IMG/VR virus record: IMGVR_UViG_3300048856_000138
Span: 1 to 33,062 of that record
DNA from: a virus
Lineage: Duplodnaviria > Caudoviricetes
DNA: 33,062 bases
Strand: one strand, 5' to 3'
Part shown: positions 16,244 through 25,334 of the stretch, piece after piece
Numbering within the stretch: position 1 is the first letter of the stretch
Layout: every line of letters begins with the position of its first letter
The notes under the pieces: generated by a model
Told to the model about the DNA's origin: nothing
What the model saw: the letters and a program-made list of their open reading frames with translations, nothing else
Database searches by the model: none
Position numbers and translations under genes: made by a program

Positions 16244-18427
16244 TCAAAATGACTCCTTCTGTTTTTGTGGAAAAGCTGCCAATACGTGAGAACAGTTCTC
16301 GCCGTCGCTCCAGATCGTCAGGTCGTCTGGAAAGGCAGGAGACGACCGCGCGTCCCAGGTCCAGACGAACACACGATCCGGATCGACCATGCCGGCGGGT
16401 GCCGCCTCGCCCTGCCACCAGCCATGATGCGCTTCGAGGAACCGTCGCTGCTGGCTGTCGGATCGTCCGCCGGACGAGAAATACGGCAGGCTGCTTTCCA
16501 CCGATTTCGGATCGACAAACACATTCGGCTGGTTGGCGCCCTTGTCGACAGCCGGGCAACCCAGTTCGGTAAACCAGATCGGCTTCATCCCGGGCAACCA
16601 GGCAGTCGCCGCCGCACTCTCCACGCCGCCCACCCGGTTATAGTGACGGTTGCCCCACCAGCCCTCGAGATCCTTGGCGCGATACACCCAGGGCTTGCCC
16701 GCCGACCCGTCCGTGATCGGCGAGCGCAACCGGTTCGCTCGGTCGGCGTCGCTTGCATAATACCAGTCGAAGCCCTCGCCCGCCGCAATCTGCGCCGCCA
16801 TCGCCGCCCGGTCGTCGCAGGACCGGAACCCATCCGGATTTGCCGCCGCCAGATCCCCGTCGCGCCAGTCGGCGAGCGGCATGTAATTGTCGATCCCGAC
16901 CGCATCGATATGAGGCGAGGTCCAGAGCGGATCGAGATGAAACAGCACATCGCCTGTGCCATCCTGCGGGTGGTAGCCGAAATACTCGCTCCAGTCGGCG
17001 CCATAGGTCAGCGCTGTCGCCGGTCCGACAAGCGCCCGCACATCCGATGCCAAAGTCACCAGCGCCTCGACAAACGGAAACGCACCGGTCTGATCGCGGA
17101 TCTGCGTCAGCCCCCGCAGTTCCGATCCGATCACCAGCCCGTCGACGCCCCCGGCCGTACTGGCGAGCCCCGCATAGTGCAGAACCATCCGCCGATAGCC
17201 GTCCGCCCCGTTGGCAAAAGCCTCGACCTGCGTCCTCGCAACCGCGGTCCTGTCGGCAGTCCCCGCCAGTGCCGCTGCCGGATGACAGGTGATCCGCCCG
17301 CGCCAGGGATAGCTCGCCTGCTCCGCCTCACCATAGGGATCGGCCAGACCATTGCCCGGCGCGATGTCCATCATCACGAACGGATAGAGAAAGACCTTCA
17401 GCCCACGCGCCTTGAGATCCGCGATCGCAGCCAGCACGCTCGCGTCCCCAGGCGTGCCGCCATAGGCCGGGCCGCCTCCCGACGAACTGACGCGATGCGC
17501 CGCGCTTCTGACCACCCCGGCAACCGACCATGCCGTACTCTCGTCACGCCGCGTCTCCACCTCGACACCCGGCAGAATGCGGCATTGCCCGGCACGCAGA
17601 TCCGTCCCGAACCAGGCGACGACCAGCGCCACGCTTTCAAGATTGGGGCAGAGCGCCTGCAGTTCGTCGAGCGACGCCTGCCAGTCGGTCTCAGCCACCA
17701 TCGTATTGCGGTTGAGAATGCGGGCGCTGCCCTCCGCCGTCTTCTCGGTCACCTGAACCGTGTGATAGCCATGCTCGGTCGCGCCGGGAATGATCGTCAC
17801 CGCCCGGATCTGTGTCTCTAGCGTCCCGACCGGCCGCACCACCTCGAACTGCAGCAGCGGAATGCGGTTGCCGAACGGCTCCAGCGGCAACCGGTCGAAC
17901 ACGACATAGGCGAGCCCGCGATAAGCCGGCGCATGACCTTCGCCCTGCTTGGCCTCGATCAGCGGATCCGGCAACTGCGTCTCGTCGCCGACATGAGCGC
18001 GCATCTCGATCGCCGTCAGGTCCAATTCCTGGCCATCGGCCCAGACGCGCCGCACGCAGGCGATCGGCCCCTCGCAGAGCCCGACCGCAAAGCTGGCGAA
18101 ATACTGAAACGTTTCCGTCTGAGACCCGCCCGTCGCCTTGCCACCGCTCCGCTCCCGCGTTGCCTCCTCCTCGAAACGCGTCGCCCAGATGAGCGTGCCC
18201 CCGATCCTTGAGGTGCCATAAACCCGGGTGACCGGCGCCCCTTCGTCCGCCCCCGGAATACGCGCCGTCGCGAGCCTCGCGCCCGAGACTGTCGAGGAAC
18301 CGCCGAGCAGTGCCCGATCGACGACGCTCCCCGCCAACGCCCCCGCCGCCCGCCCGAGGATCGCCCCGACAGGACCGAATACCCCGCCAAGTGCTGCGCC
18401 CGCCGCCTGAAACAGGATCGTCGCCAT
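16244..18427 (-). pseudogene. GTA baseplate multidomain protein 'megatron' (g15), 3'-truncated
   Basis: 'MATILFQAAGAALG', 'PAYRGLAYVVF', GTA TIM-barrel motifs 'YGADWSEY', 'IDNYMPLADWRDG', 'KPIWFTELGC', 'WTWDAR'. Sequence diverges after 'WSDGEN' and stops at 727 aa, whereas intact homologs are about 1300 aa. Confidence 0.9.
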
Positions 18428-18519
18428 AAAAACCCCTCACGCCGCCCCAGTCGTGAACCGGATGCGCGCTCATGTTGTGGATCTATCGGATTTTGGGTGG
18501 GAGGTGGCTGCCTCCTCGG

Positions 18520-18590
18520 TGGCGGCCCCTCACCCTAACCCGCTCGCGGGGAGAAGGGACCGCAGGACGCAGCCGGATGAGAGGCACGCA
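18520..18590. repeat. Degenerate rhizobial intergenic palindromic (RIME-like) repeat
   Basis: 'CCCCTCACCCTAACC...GCGGGGAGAAGGGAC...GCCGGATGAGAGGC' resembles common Rhizobiaceae repeat motifs; related sequence at about 25930-25992. Confidence 0.5.
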
Positions 18591-18749
18591 AGCCCACACA
18601 TCCGCCACCTAGATACCCGCTAAAATTGTGATACCGTATCGGCGTTTGGAAACAGAATGCAGCACGCGCCGAGCCAGCCGGCGCACTGGCGGAGATGGGC
18701 TCCGCCAGCTTAGGCAGGGAGCCTTGTTTCCAACCATGGAGGTGATGTC

Positions 18750-18839
18750 ATGAGGCTTTGGCCAATTGGCATGGCGCTTATCGTGAGGGTGACCCGGACG
18801 GGCTGGTCAGTGTCCGTCCGGATCTCATTCGCTAGATAA
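18750..18839 (+). CDS. Unannotated 29-aa hydrophobic/basic small peptide
   Basis: GGAGGTG RBS, then MRLWPIGMALIVRVTRTGWSVSVRISFAR; structured leader upstream and hairpin downstream. Confidence 0.6.
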   Translation: MRLWPIGMALIVRVTRTGWSVSVRISFAR

Positions 18840-18845
18840 GCAATC

Positions 18846-18875
18846 TGATGGGTGGGGTTCCAGCCCCATCCATCA
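18846..18875 (+). terminator. Stem-loop after the small ORF (possible bidirectional terminator)
   Basis: TGATGGGTGGGGT-TCCA-GCCCCATCCATCA, 13-bp stem including G-U pairs; no U-tail. Confidence 0.5.
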
Positions 18876-18907
18876 CTCCATGACTATACTCCGGTCATCG
18901 CCAAGTT

Positions 18908-19351
18908 TCAACCATCCCTTGCCGGCGGAAACCGGTGCACGGCAGCGATTTTGCGGCGCCAGGAGGGCACCAGAACCGAGCGTGTCACCGCCACCTGCTC
19001 GTAGGCATGAATGAAATACGACGGCCCAACGAATATACCCGCATGCTTCACCATCGTGTCCGACCGCCAGCGAAACAGCAGCAGATCGCCGGATTGCATC
19101 TGCCCGAGGCCAAGTGCCGGTCCGAACAACCGGATGCCAGCGTCCAGCAGCCTGTCCTCGCCGCCCCGTTCTGCCCAGTCGCGCGCATAGGGCGCCACCG
19201 GTTCCAGCTCCACGCCGTAAAGCTCCCGCCAGATGCCGCGGATCAAGCCTATGCAATCGCAGCCGATGCCGCGCGTTGCGCCCTGATGCCGATAGGGCGT
19301 GCCGATCCAGCTCTCTGCCACCGCGACGATCCGCTCTCCGGCGGCGCTCAT
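18908..19351 (-). CDS. GTA NlpC/P60 cell wall peptidase (g14)
   Basis: 'SWIGTPYRHQG....GCDCIGLIRGIWREL', 'KHAGI', 'FIHAY'; syntenic position. Confidence 0.95.
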   Translation of the reverse strand: MSAAGERIVAVAESWIGTPYRHQGATRGIGCDCIGLIRGIWRELYGVELEPVAPYARDWAERGGEDRLLDAGIRLFGPALGLGQMQSGDLLLFRWRSDTMVKHAGIFVGPSYFIHAYEQVAVTRSVLVPSWRRKIAAVHRFPPARDG

Positions 19352-20223
19352 TCGAACAGCGCCCCGCCATCATGCAGACGCTCGCCATCCACATAGGAAT
19401 AGGCGAAATCTGCGCCCGGCACATGCGGAAAACCGCGGAAATTGAGAAGGTTCGCAAACCGCCCCCGGCACGTCGAAACCGTCTTGTCGCAACCGGCCGT
19501 CAGCGTCACCGCCTGCCCGGGAACGACCGCCTGCTCCAGCGGCAACCAGAATGTCAGCACCGCCTTGCCGTCGTCGCGTCGCTCGTAAAGCTCGACATCG
19601 ACCTGCAGCCCGGCCGCAAATTCCGCAATGCCACGGCCGAAAAATCCATCGGCAAAACCGGACAGACTCGACACGACGATGCGGCTTTTATCGATCACTG
19701 CATCCACCATGCCATTCCCTCGCCAGGCCGAGAGGTCCACCCGGCAGCGCGCATCACCAAGGCTTGCGTCGCAACGCCTGCCATAGACACGGCCCTGCGG
19801 CTGCCCCAGCCGATGCGCAAGGCTGCGCAGCTCCGCCCTGAAGGCCCCGCCCGATCGCGAAACTTCGCCGATCTCGCGAACGTTCAAAAGCATATGCTGA
19901 GCGGGATCCGCCCAGTTGACCACGAACAGCTCGACCCGCGCGCCGTCATAGCGCCCGCTTGCGAGATCCGCCTCGTCGATCGCCGCGCTCGAGAGGCCAC
20001 CCTCCACCTCTTCCGCGCTGGCGGCCATGCCCAGCGCCTGTTCCGCCTCGCTCGCCGCAAAACCGCTCGCCGCCAGAAACGTCGTTCCGTCGAAGACCAG
20101 ATCGCGATCATGCTCGGTAAACCCCAGAACCGCCGCGTCACGTCGCGTCACCCGCCAGCCGTAGCAGATCGTGGTCGCCTCGCCCGCAAGATGGCCTGCC
20201 AGACCCGCCGGTATCGCCCTCAT
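19348..20223 (-). CDS. GTA baseplate hub protein (g13, DUF2163)
   Basis: 'LGFTEHDRDL', 'GRYDGA.V', 'CDA.LGDARC', 'AGCDK....C..RF.N..NFRGFPHVPG'. Confidence 0.95.
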   Translation of the reverse strand: MRAIPAGLAGHLAGEATTICYGWRVTRRDAAVLGFTEHDRDLVFDGTTFLAASGFAASEAEQALGMAASAEEVEGGLSSAAIDEADLASGRYDGARVELFVVNWADPAQHMLLNVREIGEVSRSGGAFRAELRSLAHRLGQPQGRVYGRRCDASLGDARCRVDLSAWRGNGMVDAVIDKSRIVVSSLSGFADGFFGRGIAEFAAGLQVDVELYERRDDGKAVLTFWLPLEQAVVPGQAVTLTAGCDKTVSTCRGRFANLLNFRGFPHVPGADFAYSYVDGERLHDGGALFE

Positions 20224-20858
20224 GCCAGCACCTCCGTCAATGGAATGGCCGGGATCCGCCCGGCATCGAAATGCGCCAGATTGATCTCGATCCGGTCGGT
20301 ATCGAAGCGCACGGCCACGTCGAATTCGAACCCGGCCCGCACGATCTGGCCGGCTGCCGGCACATGCCCGGCCGCAAACGTCACGGTGCCGGTCGTCGTA
20401 TCGACAGTGAAGGAGCTCGCCGCCTTCGCCACGCCGCCGACCGACACGACCACCGTTCCCGCCACCGGCTTGGTGATCCGTCGCTCCCAGCTGCCGGCCG
20501 CATCCGCATAGGTTTTTGTCAGCGAGAACGCCGAGGTCGCCCCGTCGCCGACCCCGATCCGCTGGTCGCTTGCAGAGATCACCTGCCCCGGGCCGCAGGA
20601 TTTCCAGTCGACCGGATCGCGAAACCGAAACCCGTAGAGCTGGCCGCCGCGTGCCTCGAAGAATTCCAGAACCGCATAGAGATCGGCAATCGATTTCACA
20701 CCGGATCCGGCCTCATAGCTTCGCCGTGAATCCCGCCAGCGCTGGTTGCGGGCCTCCCGTCCATTCGACAGGTTGACGATATCGGTCCGGCGCACAGGTC
20801 CTCCGGAGGCGCCAAGCGCCACCCGCAGGGGAAAGCGCACCTCATGAAATCCGCTCAT
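20220..20858 (-). CDS. GTA distal tail protein (g12, DUF2460)
   Basis: 'FHEVRFP....GASGGP.RRT', 'FFEARGGQLYGFRFRDP.D', 'AGFEFDV.VRFDTD'. Confidence 0.95.
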   Translation of the reverse strand: MSGFHEVRFPLRVALGASGGPVRRTDIVNLSNGREARNQRWRDSRRSYEAGSGVKSIADLYAVLEFFEARGGQLYGFRFRDPVDWKSCGPGQVISASDQRIGVGDGATSAFSLTKTYADAAGSWERRITKPVAGTVVVSVGGVAKAASSFTVDTTTGTVTFAAGHVPAAGQIVRAGFEFDVAVRFDTDRIEINLAHFDAGRIPAIPLTEVLA

Positions 20859-20867
20859 CGCTGCCCC

Positions 20868-21404
20868 TCACAATCCTCGGTTTCCGCGCGAAACGCTGCG
20901 TGCCAGCATCGCCGAAATCTGGCCTTCGCTTTTGCGGAAACTTGCCGCATCCGTCGCCGTCACGTTGAACACCACCTGCGCTCCCCCGCCGCCGCCAGCT
21001 GAGGCCACGCCGAGCGCGCCGTCCGGTCCGCGCCGAAGCGGCAGGATCGCCTCGGCCCCCGCCTCGCCCATCAGCCCGGTCCCGCCGCCCATCGAAAAGA
21101 AGGTCGGCGCCCGCACGACGCCGCCATCGGCAAACGGCGTCACCGAACCGATCAGCCCGCTCACCGCATTGCCCAGCAGACTTTCGAGCGGTTTCAGCCC
21201 CGCGGACAGCGAAATTTCCGCCAGCCGGTTGCCGAGCCCCTTCAGCACGTCGTCGAGCCCCTTGCCACGCGTCGTCGCCGAGCTCAGCGCACTGATCAAA
21301 GCCCGGCCGAACCGGTCCGAGCGCGCCTCGAGATCCGCCATCACACCAGACAAGGCCTCAGCCCCCGTCACGGCCGCACCGAACGTCTCATCATCTGGAT
21401 CCAT
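20868..21404 (-). CDS. GTA tail tape measure protein (g11)
   Basis: 'PFADGGVV..PT.F.M....GLMGEAGAEAILPL.RG.DG.LGV', 'DAASFRKSEGQI'; short length typical of GTAs. Confidence 0.93.
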   Translation of the reverse strand: MDPDDETFGAAVTGAEALSGVMADLEARSDRFGRALISALSSATTRGKGLDDVLKGLGNRLAEISLSAGLKPLESLLGNAVSGLIGSVTPFADGGVVRAPTFFSMGGGTGLMGEAGAEAILPLRRGPDGALGVASAGGGGGAQVVFNVTATDAASFRKSEGQISAMLARSVSRGNRGL

Positions 21405-21509
21405 GGCATCCGCTCCCGTTCAAATTTCGCCGATCCGCCGACTTGCGGCAGGCAAGAACAATGCTAGATTGCATTATTCATCGTCACTCCTTATGATGGA
21501 GGAAGCCAG

Positions 21510-22280
21510 GTGCCGATCGATCGAACATGGTTCCGCAACAATCTGGGATGGATCATTCTGTTTCTAGCTGTTTTACCGGCTGCAGCCTGGGTCACGGTTT
21601 ACGGCAGCGTCTACCTCCCGGTACTCACTTTCGCCCTGTGCGAGCCGACCAGATGCACCGCTCAGGACTGGGCCAGCGCGACCAGCGGTTGGGCAGCTCT
21701 GGTGGCTGCCATCATTGGAACGTTTCTGGCACATGGCCAGCTTTCCCAGCAGCGTCGGCAGCCTGCCTTCATGCTGGGCGATGCGCCGCCGACGATTGAG
21801 CGCGTCGTCATGCGCGAGGACAAACAGTATGATTGGATCCGGATCATTAACTGGAACAGACGAAACTTTAATATCGTCGAGGTGCAGGCCACTGTCGGGT
21901 TTCGCAAAATGCCGATGACCAGCGTGAAATTCGTTCGCAAGAATGTGGATGGCTCCGTCAGGGAGCTCACTCCCAGCGTCGAAGCGGGCAAGCTGCAGTA
22001 TTTCATCGCCATCCCAGGCTGGATAGATCGACAGACAACGCCCCGCGCGGTCGAGTTCCGGTGCGCCTTCGACCTCAAGTCGGCTCCGCGAACCCTGGCG
22101 AGAAAGCGCGGAAACTACATCACCTTCAAGGTCGCGATCTTCTCCGGCGAGGATCTGACCGAAAGAACCCTGACGATCAGACTACCTGCCGGGACAGTCG
22201 TGAACTACGTCGATCCAAGTATCGATCCAGTCAACGATGAAGGACCGCACTTAGTCGCCTCGGTTGGTCACATGTCATGA
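21510..22280 (+). CDS. Hypothetical membrane-anchored protein inserted antisense in the GTA tail region
   Basis: GTG start after GGAGGAAG; two N-terminal hydrophobic segments followed by a basic beta-rich soluble domain. Confidence 0.7.
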   Translation: MPIDRTWFRNNLGWIILFLAVLPAAAWVTVYGSVYLPVLTFALCEPTRCTAQDWASATSGWAALVAAIIGTFLAHGQLSQQRRQPAFMLGDAPPTIERVVMREDKQYDWIRIINWNRRNFNIVEVQATVGFRKMPMTSVKFVRKNVDGSVRELTPSVEAGKLQYFIAIPGWIDRQTTPRAVEFRCAFDLKSAPRTLARKRGNYITFKVAIFSGEDLTERTLTIRLPAGTVVNYVDPSIDPVNDEGPHLVASVGHMS

Positions 22281-22293
22281 AGCGCAAGGTGCA

Positions 22294-22509
22294 CTAGCCA
22301 TCCGGAAAAGCCCGCATCAGCGTCTCCAGCCCGGCACGCTCGATCGACGTCGGGCGTTTCACCAGACCGCCGGTTGCGGCAAACAGCTCTCTTGGCGTCA
22401 TCGCCCAGAATTGCGGTGCGGAAAGCCGCAGCAGGCAGAGACCGGCATGCATGGCCGCATCCCATGGAAAAGGCTCAAACACCTGCACCTTCCCGCCCGC
22501 TGCGGCCAT
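22294..22509 (-). CDS. GTA tail assembly chaperone, second ORF (g10.1, rcc01693 family)
   Basis: 'FPW.A.M..GL..LRL....FWAMTPREL', 'L..LM..FPD'. Confidence 0.92.
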   Translation of the reverse strand: MAAAGGKVQVFEPFPWDAAMHAGLCLLRLSAPQFWAMTPRELFAATGGLVKRPTSIERAGLETLMRAFPDG

Positions 22510-22859
22510 CAGGGGTTTGCCGGTGACGGTCCCTCATCCGTGCCGAAGGCCGCGCTCAGCAACTCGCCGACGATCCGCGCGCAGGAGAGGATGCCGCCAT
22601 CGACGCTCATCGCCGCCGCCTCGTCGTCGGTAATCAGGTTGCCGCCGCCGCGAAGGCCGGCCCCGATGATGCGGATCATGTCGGCTGCCTTCATCCGCCC
22701 GGAGGAGAACCGCCCCGCAAGCTCCGTCAGATCGCTCGCCGCAAAGGCCGTTTCCAGTTCCGCCAGCGCGCCCAGCGTCAGACACAGGATCCGCCGCTCG
22801 CCGTCCATTTCGGCCTCCACCTCGCCGCGGCGGCGGTTGGCCCGTCCATGCATGCCCAT
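22509..22859 (-). CDS. GTA tail assembly chaperone (g10)
   Basis: 'ANRRRGEV', 'LCLTLGALAELE.AF...DL..L..RF', 'GAGLRGGG'. Confidence 0.93.
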   Translation of the reverse strand: MGMHGRANRRRGEVEAEMDGERRILCLTLGALAELETAFAASDLTELAGRFSSGRMKAADMIRIIGAGLRGGGNLITDDEAAAMSVDGGILSCARIVGELLSAAFGTDEGPSPANP

Positions 22860-22879
22860 GAAATCCCCCTTTCATGCTC

Positions 22880-23287
22880 CTACAATGCTGTGAAACTCAC
22901 CACGCCAGCGGATTCGAGCGCAATCTCGAACCGGATTTCGCCATTGTGCTCGCCGGAATATTCGAGCGCCGTCACCTGGAACGCCCCCGCGAGCGTCGCG
23001 AAACTGGGGATGATGATCTGCCAGGACAGGATCGTGCCGGCAAAGAACGTGCTGCGCACCAGCGCGTCGCTCGTGCCGTCCTTGAAGATGCCCGAACCGC
23101 TCAGCGATGCCCGCTGCACCCCCGCCCCGCCCAGAAGTTCGCGCCAGCGCCCGCTGCTTTCGGCATCGGTAATGTCGACCGTTTCGGCGTTGAAGGCGAT
23201 CCGCCTGGAGCGCAGCCCCGCTACGGTCAGAAACGTCCCGCTATTGTCCACCTTCAGGAGAAGGTCCTTGCCCTTCTGTGCCACCAT
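22880..23287 (-). CDS. GTA major tail tube protein (g9, TP901-1 family)
   Basis: 'MVAQKGKDLLLK...TVAGLR..RIAFNAETVD.T..ES.GRWRELL.GAGV'; true start ATG 23287. Confidence 0.95.
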   Translation of the reverse strand: MVAQKGKDLLLKVDNSGTFLTVAGLRSRRIAFNAETVDITDAESSGRWRELLGGAGVQRASLSGSGIFKDGTSDALVRSTFFAGTILSWQIIIPSFATLAGAFQVTALEYSGEHNGEIRFEIALESAGVVSFTAL

Positions 23288-23371
23288 GTCCCGATCCTTT
23301 TTCCAACCGCTTTCAAGTATTGATGCTTTCGGGTTTCGTGCCGACCTGCTACAGCCGCGGGGCACTTCCCC

Positions 23372-24625
23372 TTGCCCGCTTCCCATCGCGATAACGCATT
23401 GACCAAGTCCCCCCTCCGGTCCGCCCGGACCATCGGCGTTCTCGCCATCACGCAACTCATCGGCTGGGGCACCACGTTCGAAAGCCTCGGCGTTCTCGGT
23501 CGCTCCATCGCGCCCGATCTCGGCCTTGCCAACGAAATGGTGTTTGCCGGACTGTCGGTGATGATGCTCGCCAGCGCCTTTTGCGGTCCGCTCGTCGGGC
23601 GGCTGCTCGGCCGCCATGGGGCAGCAAAGGTTCTGGCCGCCGGTTCCTTATTCTTCTGCGTCGGGTTGCTCGTGCTGTCGCTTGCGAACGGCCTGCCGCT
23701 CTATGCGGTCGCGTGGATCCTGCTCGGTGCCGGCGGCGCCTTCTGCCTGTCAGCGCCGGCCTATGCTGCCGTGGTCGAGCGTGAAGGCACGAAGGGTCGT
23801 CGCAGCATCACCATCCTGATGCTGTTTACAGGCCTCTCCGCCACCATCTTCTGGCCGCTGCTCAGTCTCGGCAACGATCTCATCGGCTGGCGCACCACGC
23901 TGATGGTCTGCGCTTTCCTGCATCTGTTCGTCTGCGTGCCGCTTTATCTGTTCGCCCTGCCGAAGCCGATCGCCTGGGACACCGCCGATGCCGGTGTCGA
24001 TGGGCCGCCGGTCGCCTTTACCGCCCGGCAAGGCAAGCTCGCCTTCCTTCTGGTCGCCACCGCCACCACGATTGCCTCCTTCGCATCCTACGGCGTGTCG
24101 CCGTCGCTTCTGGAACTGTTGCGGCAATCCGGTGCTGCGCCTGAATTTGCCCTGCAGCTTGCCGCAGCACGTGGCGTCATCGGCATATCGGCGCGTGCCT
24201 TCGATATGCTGCTCGGCAAGCGCGGCAATCCGTTCATTACGGCAGTGACCGGCAACAGCTTCATGATCCTCGGCTTTCTCAGCCTCATCGTCCTGCCGTC
24301 GTCGACCGCGACGCTGTGGATCTTCATCGGGCTTTACGGCATCGGCTCGGCGGTCCTGCAGGTTGCAAAGGCGCTGCTGCCGCTCGCCCTGTTTTCACCG
24401 CGCGACTACGGCCGCCAGGCCGCACGGCTGTCCATGCCGCAGAACCTTGCCAATGCGCTCGCCCCCGTCGTGTTCACAGCACTTCTCGATCGTTCGGGCG
24501 CACTCACGGTTCTCGTCGTCACCGTCCTTCTGGCCGGCTTGGCGCTTACCGGCATCATCTTCCTGATGCATCTCGTCCGGCAGAGTAACCGCATGGCGGC
24601 CTCTCACTCGGTCACCGCGCGATAG
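23372..24625 (+). CDS. MFS transporter, antisense within the GTA cluster
   Basis: About 12 hydrophobic segments; motif A-like 'GPLVGRLLGRHG'; 'LAITQLIGWGT' N-terminus. Start may be TTG near 23399. Confidence 0.9.
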   Translation: MPASHRDNALTKSPLRSARTIGVLAITQLIGWGTTFESLGVLGRSIAPDLGLANEMVFAGLSVMMLASAFCGPLVGRLLGRHGAAKVLAAGSLFFCVGLLVLSLANGLPLYAVAWILLGAGGAFCLSAPAYAAVVEREGTKGRRSITILMLFTGLSATIFWPLLSLGNDLIGWRTTLMVCAFLHLFVCVPLYLFALPKPIAWDTADAGVDGPPVAFTARQGKLAFLLVATATTIASFASYGVSPSLLELLRQSGAAPEFALQLAAARGVIGISARAFDMLLGKRGNPFITAVTGNSFMILGFLSLIVLPSSTATLWIFIGLYGIGSAVLQVAKALLPLALFSPRDYGRQAARLSMPQNLANALAPVVFTALLDRSGALTVLVVTVLLAGLALTGIIFLMHLVRQSNRMAASHSVTAR

Positions 24626-25005
24626 CGCAGCTCGACCTGAAGATACCGCGTGTTCGGCTCGCGCCTGGTGCGCGACCCCGTCCGCAACAGGCTCACCAGC
24701 ACAAACCCCTCCAGCGTCAGCGCCGTATCGTGCAGCAGCGTATCCACCCGGCTTGCGATCTCCTGCGCCTGCCGGCGCCCCTCGGCATGCGACCATACGG
24801 TGATCGTCAGCGTATGCGCCTCGCCCGGTTCCGTGCCGGTCGAATAGTCGCGCGTCTCCCACTCTCCGAAGGCGATCGCCGGCAGTTTCGGCTTCGGCAT
24901 CAGCCGATCGTGCACACCGCCTTGGCCGACCAGCGCCGTCAGTGCCGCATCGCCGGTCAGCCGCGCATGCACCGCCTTCATCAAGGCGTTGGAGGCTGAG
25001 GTCAT
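24604..25005 (-). CDS. GTA tail terminator (g8, DUF3168)
   Basis: 'AL..AV.ARL.GD.AL..LVG..GV.D', 'D.ST....G..H.L...VWS...GR'; 'YRAVTE' C-terminus. Confidence 0.92.
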   Translation of the reverse strand: MTSASNALMKAVHARLTGDAALTALVGQGGVHDRLMPKPKLPAIAFGEWETRDYSTGTEPGEAHTLTITVWSHAEGRRQAQEIASRVDTLLHDTALTLEGFVLVSLLRTGSRTRREPNTRYLQVELRYRAVTE

Positions 25006-25334
25006 GGTGCCTGCTCCTCGCATTGGCAGACCAGATAGCGGCCGGTCTCGTCAGGGTCGCGCACCAGTTTCAGCAGGAAAATTCGCGCGCCCTTGGTCAG
25101 CCTCTGCCCTGACGCGACATCGGCTCGAAACCTTATCCAGATCCGGTGACTGACCGTGCCCACCTCGGCACTTGCCGCCTCCGTCACCACAAAGGAAACC
25201 GGCTCGATCTTTGCCCAAACGGCCGCCACCGATTGCCAGGTCACGGTCGCGCCACCCTGACCGTCGGACACGGAAACCGCCTCTTCCAGCTCCAGCCGGG
25301 CGGTCATCTGGCCCGGATCGAGAAACACCACCAT
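25002..25334 (-). CDS. GTA head closure/stopper protein (g7)
   Basis: 'DPG....RL.LE.....DGQGG....W..VA.VWA.IEP', 'DPDETGRYL.C.C.E'; start ATG 25334. Confidence 0.92.
   Translation of the reverse strand: MVVFLDPGQMTARLELEEAVSVSDGQGGATVTWQSVAAVWAKIEPVSFVVTEAASAEVGTVSHRIWIRFRADVASGQRLTKGARIFLLKLVRDPDETGRYLVCQCEEQAP

Larger units (their letters stand above)
1..16294. mobile_element. Accessory/defence island; right boundary interrupts GTA g15, left boundary outside the window
   Basis: Abrupt loss of g15 homology near 16294, visibly lower GC and different codon usage to the left, defence-type cargo and pseudogenes. No integrase or transposase in the window. Confidence 0.65.

Noticed and set aside
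16265-20511. Long plus-strand ORFs (16265-17821, 19114-20511) and similar ones across the GTA region
   Set aside because: High-GC antisense shadows of conserved GTA genes.
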